A stretch of 64,000 bases of DNA, taken from assembly GCA_016748015.1 (NCBI GenBank), contig JAAOMT010000276.1:248001-312000 (forward strand), read 5' to 3'. This DNA comes from Geosiphon pyriformis uo1. Its lineage: Eukaryota; Fungi; Glomeromycota. Within the stretch, counting starts at the first letter, position 1. Every line of letters begins with the position of its first letter. The notes under the pieces were generated by a model. It did not search any database. It was not told the origin of the DNA and was given only the letters and a program-made list of their open reading frames with translations. The position numbers and the translations under genes were made by a program. Positions 1-16,519 of this stretch are shown piece by piece.

Positions 1-679
1 TATCATCGTCACCCCAAATGAATTAATGGAGATTAGAAGCCGGAGTGTTGCCTGACATAAAGGTGTATTCCCAGAGGATAAATTTTGATGTATTATCTTC
101 ATATATTGTCGCGTGATATTGCGAGCGATGAGAGTACCAGTCGGCCGGCTCTTGGAATTTTTTAATGAATCCAATAACTTGCTCAATAGATCAGGAATAG
201 CAACTTGTAGTCGCGTGATAAAATGCTAGGGTTCGATTGACCAATTAAAAAACTAGGTTTTTATATTTATTCAGGAACTAAGTCCCATTTAATGGAAAAA
301 AATTATATTCCAATCTTAAATATACCCACTGCTTGCTGAAGGTCCCATATCTTGAAAACTTCCGTGCATTCTGGCGAAATTTGAAGGTAATCATAAAAAA
401 TTTGAAGTCTTTTTTCTACTTCTTTATTGAAAGTTGAATCTTTGTTGGAAGGGAAGTTAAAATGTTGTCTAAAACGGGATACTCCTGTAGTAATTAGTGT
501 AGGAAATTATAAAAGCTCAGGTGGTTCCAGTCATCTGGGTGCTTATTAGTATCACCCATACCTTCCACTATTGTTTCTATGTCTGTAGAATCAAGAAATT
601 TCTGTAATTCTCGGGCACTAGTAAAAGGTTGCCAATTGGCGCGATTTTGAAAGTAGTGAATTTGCGACTCAGGCTCCAT
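1..679 (-). CDS. URB1: Nucleolar pre-ribosomal-associated protein Urb1/Npa1, 5' exons (continues past window start)
   Basis: ATG at 679. Spliced exons give ...YDYLQISPECTEVFKIWDLQQA / HFITRLQVAIPDLLSKLL...GTLIARNITRQYMKIIHQNLSSGNTPLCQATLRLLISINSF, which resembles the Npa1 N-terminal domain. Confidence 0.65.
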
Positions 680-959
680 TTTAAAATTTGGTTGGTAACG
701 AGTTCAAAAGTGTACAAAAGATTGACTCCATCAGATTTTTCACTTGATAATCCAATGATTATGACTCGTTGAGATCTTTATAAATGTCAATAATTTTAAA
801 ACTTGAGATAATAAAATCCTCGAAAAATCGCCCTATTCGCGGAATAATTATGTTGGAATAATAATTAAAATTCCCAAGCTCGAAATTTCGAAAATAAACT
901 AGAATCCTAAATAAAGACGTTTTTACACCACCTATCTTGTTTCGATAATTGATAATATA

Positions 960-2126
960 ATGCCTAGCGCTAACCTTTTAATAAAGCCTGATAATAGCAC
1001 GCTTTCGTTTGATTTCGAAGAATTTGTGAAAGTGGAACTTGGTCTTGGCCTGACTAGTAATAAAGGTAGGTAAAATTGAAAAAAAAAGGGAGAAAACACA
1101 TAAAAAAAACAATCTTTGTTAATGCTCATTTTATTTTTTAGCACACAAAATTTGTCAAAACTACCTGAAAGGTCAATGTTATAAAGGTCCAAGATGTGAA
1201 TACAAACATGCACCAAATAGACGAGACAAAGCGGTGGTGTGTAAACATTGGTTGCGTGGTTTATGCAAAAAGGGAGATCAATGCGAGTTTCTTCACGAGT
1301 TTAATGAACGCAAGATGCCCGAATGTTGGTTTTATACACGATTTGGGGAATGCAGCAATGAAGATTGTTTATATTTGCATATTGATCCAGAGAGTTTAAT
1401 GAAAGAATGCCCATGGTATGCCAGAGGGTTTTGTAAGCACGGTGAGTGCAGAAGGTGAACAAGCAAGCGAGTCAAAAATAGGCTGATTGTTTAACATGCA
1501 AGTGTACTGAATTTCTCTTTATGTTTGAGGACCGGATTGTCGCGACAAACACGTGCGTAAAGTTCTCTGCCCATTATACATGACCGGGTTCTGCCCACAA
1601 GGAGAAAATTGTCCCAATGGACAGTAAGTTTTGTATTTTGTTATATTTCATTTCGTTTTCTCAATACATCAACAAAAGTTTGTTTGATCCCATAGTCCAA
1701 AATATGAATTATCGAGCGTGCAACGTGTACACAATACTGCATTAGAATACGATGCCAAAACTCATCACGAAGTTGATGAGGTAAGTAAACTGCTAGCTAT
1801 TTTATTAAAAGTGGATTGTTTCAAAAATGAATGCTTCTATCGAAAAACAGCATAACACAAAGTATGGTGGCTATCGACCACTTTCGGAAGTTACCTGTTT
1901 TAAGGTATGTTATATATTATTGGGCCAATAACATTTATTTTCGATTTCTCGCCTGCAGAAAAGACATTTATCAATTTACTTTTAAAAGTGTAATCAAAAG
2001 GGTCACTTTGCCAACAGATGTCCCAGTAGCGGTAGCGGATACCGTGGTCGTTATAGGAACTACAGTAGTAGTGACATGAGCAGAAGCCATTCCCGCTATA
2101 GTGAACAAGAACAAAAGCGAGATTAA
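960..2126 (+). CDS. YTH1: CPSF30/Yth1 cleavage-polyadenylation factor (CCCH zinc fingers plus C-terminal CCHC knuckle), multi-exon
   Basis: [55 protein letters not shown] and a terminal [14 protein letters not shown] knuckle; GT-AG introns. Confidence 0.93.
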
Positions 2127-2352
2127 TCCCTCCAATTTAAGATAGTGACTTAAATAGTACTTTACAGTTGTCTTGAAAGCCTTTTATTAGGATCGTTAAC
2201 GATTTTCAAGTTATCAGTATTGGATAAATTTATAATCAATAAGGAAAACCCTATAGTCTAGCTTTTAATAATCCTGGAGAATAAAGTTGAATTTTCCTTG
2301 TTTAAGGCTCAATTTTAGTAGGGATTGAGCTTCTTTCATTTGATTCTTTTTC

Positions 2353-3366
2353 TCAAATTTCTCCAGAACTGGCATCTTCGTATTCACTCTCGTCTCCCTC
2401 GGTTTCTTCAGAACTGGAACCTTCGTATTCACTCTCGCCTGCCTCAGTTTCTTCATCGCTAGGTCTTTCCGTGTCTCTTTTGTCAAAGCAGGTAGATGCC
2501 TTAGACTTTGTCTTTTTGAAGGGGTTTTTTATCGGAGCTTTTCTCTTAGGTATTTCGATCTTTTTAAAATTCTCTTCATATTCTTGGACGTTGAGATTTT
2601 CCTTTTGTTCATGAACATTATCGCTATCATCTCCATCGGTATAAATCAATTCGTTAACTTCTGATTCATCACTTTCTTCACGATCGAAATCATTTCTTGC
2701 ACTTTTTGTAGCAGCGAGATACTCCTTTGCGTTTGAGTACCCATGCTCCACTGCGGTATAATACAAGATTCCTGTAGCTGCAAGCCCTTTCTTACCGAGA
2801 CAATTGGAGCAATTGCAAATGCCACGACATTTAGGACACTCCCAACACCCTGAATGTTTTGCTTCTTTGACTGATTCACCATATCTTGCAGAAAGACATC
2901 GATTATCCATCATTAATGTGCATTGTTTGCCATTTTCGAGTATTCGAGTACATCGTACTTTCTCTTCAACTGTTTTTTGACGGCATTGATGGCAGCTGGA
3001 TCCTTCGACAGAGTCATAAATCCGACCACCTTGAATCCTTCTCCCAGGATTAGAGGTTCGAAGGCCACTATTATTTTTTACTTTTGGAAGTCGTCGTCGT
3101 CGCAGCATTGTGGTATGGCCTACTCCAAAATCGTTTTCATTGGGCTCGGCATAGTTTACGGCTTTTCGTTCGCGTAAACTTCGGCGTGTTGGGCCCAAAA
3201 TTTTGTTTGGGTTTTGCTTTTTTGGTTTTAATGTTCTCGGTAGAGCTTCGATGACAGTTTCTTTGAACTGGAGCCCAGCCAAACCTATCCTTTCTAAGGT
3301 TAGACGGTTTTCTTCCAGGTTTTGAAGCCGTCTAAGTTCGTATTCGTTGACCTTAGCGGCAGTCAT
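2353..3366 (-). CDS. CDCA7-like protein (zf-4CXXC_R1 domain)
   Basis: N-terminal YELRRLQNLEENRLTL; RIYDSVEGSSCHQCRQKT...CLSARYGE...WECPKCRGICNCSNCLGKKGLAATGIL; acidic tail. Confidence 0.88.
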   Translation of the reverse strand: MTAAKVNEYELRRLQNLEENRLTLERIGLAGLQFKETVIEALPRTLKPKKQNPNKILGPTRRSLRERKAVNYAEPNENDFGVGHTTMLRRRRLPKVKNNSGLRTSNPGRRIQGGRIYDSVEGSSCHQCRQKTVEEKVRCTRILENGKQCTLMMDNRCLSARYGESVKEAKHSGCWECPKCRGICNCSNCLGKKGLAATGILYYTAVEHGYSNAKEYLAATKSARNDFDREESDESEVNELIYTDGDDSDNVHEQKENLNVQEYEENFKKIEIPKRKAPIKNPFKKTKSKASTCFDKRDTERPSDEETEAGESEYEGSSSEETEGDESEYEDASSGEI

Positions 3367-3710
3367 GTTTTTAGGCTTCTTGAATCTAATATTTCTTGCA
3401 GCTGTTAAGACTTGGGGATTTTATGCATGTCGCGAAAAAATTAAGCGCGTCAGCGCGTCCAATCCCATGACTTATTTCTGATTGGAGGCAATGTATTTTT
3501 GTGAAACATCTATTTTTATATATAATTATTTAAAGATAATAATAATTTGTTAAAAAAAATAACAAATTTTATAATTATATTAAAATATAATAAAATTTAA
3601 AACAAAAAAATTAATTTTATTTAATACATTTATTAAAAGCTTAAAATATTTAATAAAATATTTTAAAATAATAATAATAATTTAAGTTTTATTACTTTAA
3701 ACTTTAGTGT

Positions 3711-3791
3711 CTGGTCACGTCTAATTTAGGTCACTTAGTTTGACGTATTGTATTAGTTAGTGATTGTGCTTGCACGTTAAGAAAAAAAAAA
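3711..3791 (+). mobile_element. 3' end relic (with poly-A) of the same LINE family as 21163-28400
   Basis: ctggtcacgt..taatttaggt..tgtattagttagtgattgtgcttgcac plus an A-run aligns by eye to the minus-strand 3' end at about 21180-21275 (ctggtcacgt..taatttaggt..tgtacttaggtagtggttgggctgcac plus an A-run). Confidence 0.6.
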
Positions 3792-5744
3792 TTTTACTGA
3801 ATTTTTATTATTTTAATGGTTTTTTAAATTTGATTTAAATAATTTAATTTTAACAACTTTTAATGTACATAATTTAATGATATTAATAAATATTATACGA
3901 ATTAGGTATTGGTAGAATACAATTAATCAAAACATAATAAATAAATAAATATATATATATATATATTATAAATCAAAATAATAATTAAACAAATCTGTAA
4001 ATTGATATAATAATTTAATAAGTAATAAATGTTAAAATAACTTAAATTTTAAATTTTAATTAATAAAAATAATTATTATTATTATTATTATTATTAATTA
4101 ACGAATGAAGAAAATATATGTTTTAAGTTTTTTAAAAATTAAACAGATTTTATTTGATTTTTAAATATTATTTAAATTAGTGAATTTTATTTTATTTTTT
4201 GTAAACCTATTTTAGTTTTTATTAAAAATTTTAATACTTAAAATAAATATTATTTAATTAAAGCAATTTTTTTTTGGTTTAAATAATTAATAAAAATTAA
4301 AATTATTTTTGTAATTTGTTTTTTTAATTGAAATTGTTAATTTTCAAATAATTTAGTTTAAATATTTTTTAAGTTTAAAAAAAAACATGGTTTAATTTGT
4401 TTTGAAATTAATTGTCAATAATTTATTAATTTTATTTTATAAAACAAAATAAGATGAATAATTGAAAAATAAATAGTTTTAATTAAAAAAAAAATTATTT
4501 TATAATTTAATAAAGTAAAAAAATAAAATTAATGTACATTACAATAAAAAAATCAATTTTAAAAACAATACACATAATTATTTAATTTAATAATTGTTTT
4601 GAATAAAACTGGCAAAAAAAATTCATAACCATTTTATTTTGTGTAATATTATAATAAATTTTAATAAGTTTGATAATCATTAATCTGGTGGTTGGTAGAA
4701 AGCGTGTGAGCTGCTCCTAATATGTAATATTCCCTTTTAGTTAACACATTCAAATAATTAATGTTTTTTTAAATTGTCTACTTTTAAAAAAAAAACAATT
4801 CTTTTACAATGGGTTTTTTAGTCTTTAAACCGAAAAGGTCTTATTCTGAACCTAAAAAATTACGTCACTGGAACTAAGCTAAAAACATGTTATTTTTATA
4901 GTGAGAGCAATAGCAAAAGATTTTTTATTCAACGCGACACGAGAATAATAAATGATAGTATGTTGTCGTGATAATAAAAAGAAAGCCCTGGCATACATAA
5001 TACAAAGAAAAGAACAATAAAAAAGATACATCAAGAAAATATATAGTATGTGAGGAAAAACGTCATATGATTAAGTATGAAAATAATTTTACCAAAGCTA
5101 TCGATTAATAATAGTGGTAGGGAAGTAGGTGAAGCAATATTAGTGAATAAAGAAATCTACAAAATTGTGAATAATGCGAATGTTTGTGTGCGTTTTCTAT
5201 ATATACCAGAGTGTCAATAAGAAAAAAAGGTGTAATGTGAAAAGTGTCGGGTACAAAAACTGGCTATTACAAACTATTTCCAAGTGATGTTTAATAAAAT
5301 AAAACAAAAAGAAAATACGGAAACATTTATGTGTTAAGATATATATATATATATAAAAAAGGATAATAGAAAAATTATTAGCATTATTAACAAATAGGGA
5401 AATTATAATGGGTGAACCGCACTCGAAAGGTGGCTCAAATCAATGTTCATACTACTTTTGTTGTAATAGTTGTTGTCTAAATAGAAGAAAAAAAAATGAT
5501 AAAATAATAAAAATAGATCAACACAAAATCTGAACCAAATGTTTGCACGCCTGTTTCGGCTTTTTCTATAATAAAAATTAACCATCTCTTTTCCTGTCTC
5601 TCAATTCCCCACCCAAGCCAAAGCAAGCAAACATCCAACTTCCCATTTGCTCTAACCAATACTGAACCACCCCAATTGTTGATAATGTTGTTCCCGCATT
5701 TTCTCATTAAGAATGATGATGTCGTTGCGTGTGCAGGTGATTAT

Positions 5745-8733
<2,989 letters not shown>

Positions 8734-10106
8734 AATTGAGACGGATCACTTTTTTTTTCTAAAATAAAATAAGGTCGTAAACGACAGAGAATATTTTTCG
8801 AACAGATAAGAAAAAGAATTTTTTGGGGTTTATATAAATAGAGAAAAGGTAAGCAAACTGATAAGAAAAGGGATGTGAAAAAAAAATTAAAGCCAGCAGT
8901 GGCACTCCCAATAATATAGGAAACTATGCAGGCCACAGTCGGATGTATTGGGTATGTACGGGTCAAAGCTTTTTCTTAACTTTGATAAAGTAAGAAACGA
9001 CTTTCCTTGAATACTAACCTTTTAATATACTGAGCTTTATTTCCGATGAAAAATGCTGTACAACCAAAAAAATTATTTAGAAAATCTCAATTTCTACTAC
9101 AGTTATTTTAAAATAGATTTTATTAGGTCTTTGTGACAAAAGGTTCATCGCCCTCCCACTTTGATTACGAAACTATTACCACATGGCCATGTATCGGTGA
9201 AAGTGATAGATTGAAATTATGGCACCTAATTTTTCAAAATTATTTTACCCGAAAATTCCGAAACCACAAATTTAGGTCATCATGGTGACATAATAACTAT
9301 TTATGATTTCTACGGTAAAAAGCTCAAAGTGAATCTGAGCTCGTTAAAAAAGGTCGGGAGGAGAATACAAAATAATGGCAAAACGAGCTCCTAATTCCCT
9401 TTTTTCACTTCTATTTATTCCAAGTAGAGAAATGAGTACCCACTTTAACTATTATACAAGAGTAAAAGTCACGTTAATAATCCAAGGAATAAACTAAATT
9501 GGGAAAATTATATGATGAAATGCTATTTATTGACTTTCAAAATTCTTTTTTAATAATTTTATGCAGCACAGTTGCAGCGCGTACAACCACTGAAGGACAA
9601 AAGATTCATAGAATAATGGAGTCCCTGTTAATCGGCTGAGGAATTATAAATGATCAGGTATTTTATGGAATGCAAGTTTCGGTTCTAACATGATCCAATG
9701 AGAAACTTTTTTTTGGACGAAACAATAGAAGCTGCGTTTCACTTTGTTTTTGTATCCGGACCTTGGATGCTTTAGCGTTATATATTAGCTTAATATCGCA
9801 GCGAGAAATGGTATCAACTAACCAGAAAAAAGTAAATACTAAAATTCAATGACTATTCGCATATTTAGTTGTTGCTTTTATAATTATTTATTTGGGACGA
9901 AAAATATTAATGATGAACCTATCTATTGGGTAATTTTTATTTTGTTGAATCTCGGTCATTTTCAAAATTAGCCAAAGTAAGATGAAAAGAGTCCATTTTT
10001 GGATTGGCCAATTAATTTCATTCTGAATTGTTTTAATGCTATTGAGCTCTGCTTATTGCTCTTAATAGTAGATCGTTATTAATTGATTTTGATCTTCTTT
10101 TGAGAC

Positions 10107-11098
10107 TCAAACGAGTTGCATTAATTGTTTCATTTCGCCATGTTGAGAAAGCTCTCTATGTACAAAAAAATGTAGTTTTGAGCGTACCTGTTTCCCAGAG
10201 GATTTAGAGACGGAAACGACATAAGGGATGTACTGGGTTTTAACTTTAAAAGTTGTAAATACACGCGCAGAACTTCCTAGAAAGGATATAGGAATTGTGG
10301 TTAGGTGAGGGCGGGTAAACAATGAAAGAGTTTCGAACGTTATTTCTGTTCGATTGGTTAGGACTTGTGGTGGATATGTAGATTTAGGAGTAGATGACAA
10401 AGATGAAGATTCGGACTTTATGGGGAGAGATGGAATAGGAATGGAGGAATCAGGTTTTCGAAGATAGATTTTTGCTACGTATGGTGTAAATAAAAAACTT
10501 ATCAGTCCTGTTGAGAGTGCACTTGTTCCAATCGCTAAAATAATTCAAAATGGATTGTGTTAGTTATACTGAGGGAATTTGATGAAAAACATTAACAGTA
10601 AAAGAGATATAATTCCAAAGGAAAATTAAATGACATCCATAAGCACAAAAAAGTATACAAGTAATTAGAAAAATTGATGCGTTGAAATTTGAGAGCAATT
10701 AAGTTCAAATGAAGCATGTAACTCTGTGATTTCGGAAATATCTCACCAAGTGAAATGAAAATCCACCTCGGTAGCATTGGAATTGGGCTTTCCGCCATAT
10801 AAATCAATGGTGTTGCCAGCATGGTGGCGGTCAAAGATGATAGAGAGAAAAATTTTAAATGTTTGGAAACTCTTGATAAAGGGCCTGTATATATTAATAG
10901 ATGGTCAGATTCTTTGAATGGTGTCGTCTGTGTCGTCTGTGCCGTTTGAGAGGAAAGAAAAGAATAGAGCTTAGCCGTTTTAACAGGTAGGACATTAGTG
11001 TAGAGATGGGGAATTAAGAAGGGTTTTGAAAGAATATGTTTTGAAGATAATAAAGATGAGGAGCAGCGTGAATAGGTGAAGCGAAGAGCCGAGATCAT
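10107..11098 (-). CDS. TMEM70-family mitochondrial membrane protein (ATP synthase assembly-like), 2 exons
   Basis: Presequence-like N-terminus; LIYTGPLSRVSKHLKFFSLSS; two hydrophobic segments; PYVAKIYL and TFETLSLF motifs. Confidence 0.7.
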
Positions 11099-11204
11099 TT
11101 TCGCGAAGGTTGGGAAAACTTTTTGATTGAATTCCTCGATCAACACAATTAAAAAATTAATTGAAGTATCACATGATTTCCATGATCTAATCTAATTTAA
11201 TAAC

Positions 11205-12177
11205 ATGTCGAGTTTAAGCAAGAGTACAAGTTTGCGCTGAAACTGGAGAACGAATAATATTGAATGTTGGGGGGGGGGGTATCAAGATGAACTTTCAAAA
11301 GAATCCATAATCAAATATAATGAGGTTTTCATTGGGAAAATTCTGAATTTTTCGAGTTTTGGCAAAATGATATCTATATAATCGTGAATTATTGCATCCA
11401 ACTAACGACAATGAATATTTTATTGACCTTGATGGTCGGTACATATTGCAATATTATCGTACCGGAAAAATAATTTTCCCATCAACTTCAACATCCCTAA
11501 TACCCTCTTCAAAACTTGGAGGTCATGGGGTGACAAACCAAATTTCAACTTCAATATCCGTAAAGGCAAATAAAATCATCGCTACTCCCATTTCCCGTTT
11601 ACCCGTGAAGAATTTGAAGAAGAATTTCAATACTTTATGATACCTCAACCTACCGACATCTCGAAACCATGTCTGATTCGTCAAGTTGCGGCTAAAAAAA
11701 TTGACGAATTTGTAGATTGTCTCAGGCAAGTTATTCTTTACGCTGTCTCAGAATTTTGTACTGAACTGGATCTTTATCTTGAAACGTACCTTTGGCCTGG
11801 TGAAACCATTCTCGTGTATCAGGCCACAGTGAATCCAAACAAGATGGCCAAATATTTACATCAATGTACCCAGATTCGTGGACGATGAAGTGTCGAAGAA
11901 GCACCGAATACCGAGCATATTTTTTGATGCTCGTATGATGGACATGTTAAAACCATTTCGATATTCTGGATTCTCCTTGATTTCAATGGTGTTGCCCGAG
12001 TTGGAGATATTTTTTAAGTCTGAGATGCCAGATCTAGTGTTTCATCCTTATAGTGATTATGGATTTGAAGGAATTTGTTTAATCTTTGGACTAGCAACAA
12101 AAAAACCGGAGGCCATTAAAGAATCTCGATTAGGAAAACGGTTTTCCACGAGGTTTAAATCGGAACGAGAAACCTAA
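11205..12177 (+). pseudogene. BTB/POZ (KCTD-type) gene, frameshifted
   Basis: ERIILNVGG, HPTNDNEYFIDLDGRYILQYYRTGKI and AAKKIDEFVDCLRQVI are split over several frames; paralog of the two downstream BTB genes. Confidence 0.75.
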
Positions 12178-12486
12178 AAGCAAATCGGTTGATGTAATGA
12201 GTTAAAAGTTTTTAGAAATGTACAGTAAAATATTTGTATTTTCAAATTTTATTTAGAATCATACACTAGTTAAAAACTTTTAAATGACATCGTTTACAAA
12301 ATTATCAGTTTCAAAAGACTAAAAATACTTTTTATTGAAAAGGATAGAGGGATTTTAATGAATCGGACAATATATTAATATGATAACTAGCAGCCTAGAA
12401 ACTTTTTTTCGATAAATACATATTATAATCGGTTGCCGAATTTCTATTTAATTTTTCAAAAGTTCTGATTTTACTGACAAGACGAT

Positions 12487-12538
<52 letters not shown>

Positions 12539-13491
12539 GTACGAGACAAATTGTGACGGTAATTAATTATTTTGTTTATTGCAACCTCATTCATAGAGAG
12601 GTTATGAAGATCAATTTTAAGCTTTAAAACTCTGATCACTATTCTTTCGTGAAAGATACCGAATATAAAAAAGAAAAGGAAAATGACCATCTAAAATCAT
12701 TCAAATTAAGAATTGCGTTAAATTTAACCTTACCCTTTCGAAAGTTTATAATGAAACGTCTCTGTACTCATTAAAAGGCTTGTTCCAAGATGGATGATCT
12801 TATCCATAATTCCCGGTAACAGGATTTTGAATTAAATTGCATCGTTCAAATAAACAGTCTTCTTTGTCTTTGATTTCTACATTTGCGTGAACATTGGTTG
12901 CCTTCTTTTCAAAGGGAAAATGATAAATTCAAGGACTACTTGAAAAGCTAAAAATTTTATGATAAAAACCATAATACTCTCGTCCTCATACTTGCATATC
13001 AAGTTTTCAGGAATACTGCTGAGTAATAGAAGCTTAAACGTCTATGGGACACTTGGTAGCTAATAAGAGATTCCAAAAAATAAAAAATAAAAAATAAAAA
13101 TTTATAGTGGTGAAATAGAGTTAAAGATTTCGTATTCTTTGTGGTTGAACAAATGAGATCATTACTGCTAGAATATTGAGATTTATATAGTAATCTAATT
13201 TCAAAGATTCAAAATTGAATTTATAGTTTTACCTGAAAAACAAAAAAAAACATCAACAATGGTTTAAGAAATACTTTGATACCTTCTTTCAAGTGTTCTA
13301 ATTATAAAAAGTTTTAGGAGGTGAGAATTTTTATGTAAATCTATCTCTTTTTACATCTGGAGTCTAATAAAAATTGATAATCTATCTTCTAAGCTCTGAA
13401 GAAATTTTAAAAATTTTGAATCCACAATGGCGGGGAGTCTAATCTTAAAATCTGACTATTAATTATCATATTTTCCATCTCTGAATTAGCC

Positions 13492-14570
13492 TTACTCCGC
13501 CCTACATAAGCCTGACTTTCCAAGGCTTGAATTCTTTAAAACTTCATCATCCCCAAACATGCCATTAACCAACATCCGAACACTTCTCGAATTCAAATTG
13601 GCGTAATCTTCATATTTCCACTTCAAACCCGGCTGATCATGTTCTAGAAATGAACCAATTTCACCACCAAATTTTCCCAAAATTGTATAACCGACACTTC
13701 CGAATGGATTAATTATCATTTTAACGGTATCAGAGATGGCTGCATCGTGATCGGTAGAATGACCGAAATAGAAATAAGGTGGACCACGATTTTTTTGAAA
13801 AGTGATTCGAATACTGGTTTCAAAAATGGCCAATAGTTCGTAAATAATCTCACGTAATGCAGCAACGAATGAGTCTAGTTTAATGACGGCTGGATGTTGT
13901 GCGGCGCTACGTAATGAGATTGTGGTGAATGACATGTTTTCTGTATCACGTGGTGTACCTGGGATTTGAAAGTAATCCATTTCGTCTTCTAATGCTTCGC
14001 GAGAGATTGGAAGAAGGTTGTGATTTGAAGAGTTTGAATTTGAAGAAGATCTTTCATCCGGCCAATAAATTTTTCCTGTACGATAGAATTGAAGAATGTA
14101 CCAAAAGAGATGGCCATCGCGATCTATGAAATGTTCGTTTCCATTAACTGGATGAAGAAGCGCACTATTACGTTCATGAAACATTATTCCGAGTAGAGTG
14201 GTCGGATAAGCTGTAAATGTGGATCTATATGTTTCGTACTAGCGACCAAAAAAATTAAGAGGTAAATAAATAAAAAATACATTAATTTTTATTAATATTG
14301 GATATGATTATTGATGATATTTGACATAATGCCTATTTCTTCCTTTAAAAAAGAACTTACCTTTACACCACCAACATTCACCACTATTCGTTCTTCACCG
14401 ATCATTATTGGAATCCCATTATTAGTATTGATAATAGTAGCATCGCTGTTGTTATTACAAACTGCACTAACACCATTGCTATATACGTTCATAATATTAT
14501 TGGTATGAGCAGTATGGTGGTAATGGGGTTGTTCTTGGAAGAGGCTATTGACGTGCCTTAATGTCGCCAT
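13492..14570 (-). CDS. BTB/POZ (KCTD-type) protein, 2 exons
   Basis: ERIVVNVGGVK / YETYRSTFTAYPTTLLGIMF...EHFIDRDGHLFWYILQFYRTGKI...EDEMDYFQIP. Confidence 0.88.
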
Positions 14571-15431
14571 AAACAAGAATAAAAGTTAAAAATTTTCACA
14601 CTACAATAGAGGAAGGCGGTTGTTATAAGTTCTTTTAATCAAGTCGGTTTCTAGCAATAGAATTTGATTAAAGCTAGATTCTGAATGGGGCTTGATACGC
14701 AGTGAAGGTTCCTAAATCTGGTTTTCACTAAAAGGTTTGAGTGCCGTTAAATTTTTAACTTTTTTCAACACGTTTCAAAGAAACTGCTAATATAATACTC
14801 AAAGTTCATAAACTTTTATTTTTATTAAAAATACAGGCAATTAAACAAACTACTGACGACAAGAGACTTCGAAACCGGGAAAGATCTCAAAAGTCAGGAA
14901 GAGAGCTTCTTTTTCCAATTGATCGTCTTTGCCAAAAATTATAAAAAATAAATTTCTGAAATACACACGACTTCAAAACTTTAGTTAGTGAGAGCCGATA
15001 TGACTCCAAATTAGTGTTAGATATGAATCCTCGTGATACCAACTGCAAAGCAACGGCGACAACGACGACGACGACGACGACGACAATGCAACGGATTTTT
15101 GATGGCAAGATAAATTTAACAAAATTTTCCACTACATATACTTTTTTTCGTCAGAGGCTAACTTTAACGACTATACCTCTACCATTTAAATCTGTCTAAT
15201 TTGCAGATATGCAGAAATTCGTCTCATGTTAAAGATTTATTGTTCATATATGGAGATAAAAAATCTTTCAATGTTGTACAAAAGTTCGATATACGAAAAC
15301 AATACACATCCGTGAAATGTTGAACCTGATGCGTTTTCAATTTATCAAAGTTGACGATTTAAAAGAAACCTCCAAATTACGTTTTGTCCTGATCTCGCAT
15401 GGATTGTAATAGATAATGCTAAGCATTGCTA

Positions 15432-15850
15432 CTATTTCTGGAGAAAAATTCCTCGAGCACCATTTTCATTTCTATCCACTACAGTCTTACAATTTCGGCA
15501 TTTATATATCTCAGATCCCAGATGTTTTGGATGTTTCCAAGTCTTGTATATATAACCTTCATTTTGGATAAGAACATGAACTCCTAATTCCTCTGCTTTG
15601 GCTATTAAACGTTGTCGAAATCGATAATGTGCCCAGCCAAGCATCTTTTGATACCTCAAAAGGAGGAATAATAATAATATTAAATTCATGAGTAAAAAAA
15701 AGCAATAAACTCTGTAAATCTCATTTTGCAAGTGTTTAATTTTTCTTTTTGCATTTAAAAGTTGGTTCTTTTTTTGGTGATATTAAATTGTCCAAATACA
15801 AGCAATTTGTCCAATATTTTTGTTAACCAATTTTACTTATTTTTTTTTTA
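15432..15850 (-). mobile_element. Fanzor2/IS607-type TnpB relic (C-terminal RuvC/zinc ribbon), degraded
   Basis: MLGWAHYRFRQRLIAKAEELGVHVLIQNEGY..KT..LGSEIYKCRNCKTVVDRNENGARGIFL. Upstream shifted frames give KIKHLQNEI and HEFNIIIIPPFEVS. Confidence 0.8.
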
Positions 15851-16434
15851 GTAGAAGACTATTATGTAAAAAATATATAAATATTGGAATTAATAAAAAC
15901 TGCATAAATAAAGCTATTTAATTAGTTTTTCAAAAATTTATATAATTTTGTATAAAAAAAACCATTGGTTGTTTTTGTATTATGTTTCAAATAAGCTTGT
16001 ATTAATATGTATATTTATATATTAATAAAGTATGAAAATAAAAAACATTAAAAAAATTTAAAAAATTTTTGAACATAAATTATAATTATTTAATATAATA
16101 TTTTATAAAAACCAAAAAATAAATAAATATATTAATATATATTTTGTTATTATTTTATGCAACTAATATTTAATTAATTATTTTATTTGTAATATTAACA
16201 AAAATTAAGTTTAAACAACTTTATAAAAAATATGTTTAATTAAATTTAATTTTAAATAATTGAATTATTATGGTATTTATTATAAAATTATTATTGGTTT
16301 TTTTGTTTTGTTTTGTTTTTTTAATTTCTATGTTTTTATTTGTATTTTGTCGTTTATTATTTTTGTATTTTACAAATAAAAATAATATTAATAACAAAAA
16401 TAATTTTGGTTAATTCATCTTTATTTAAAAACGG

Positions 16435-16468
<34 letters not shown>

Positions 16469-16488
16469 AAATTCCCTTTTTGCTTGAA

Positions 16489-16519
<31 letters not shown>

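Noticed and set aside
9550-9830. Possible ncRNA or small gene in a moderately GC-rich intergenic patch
   Set aside because: No tRNA, snRNA or snoRNA motifs and no ORF recognised.
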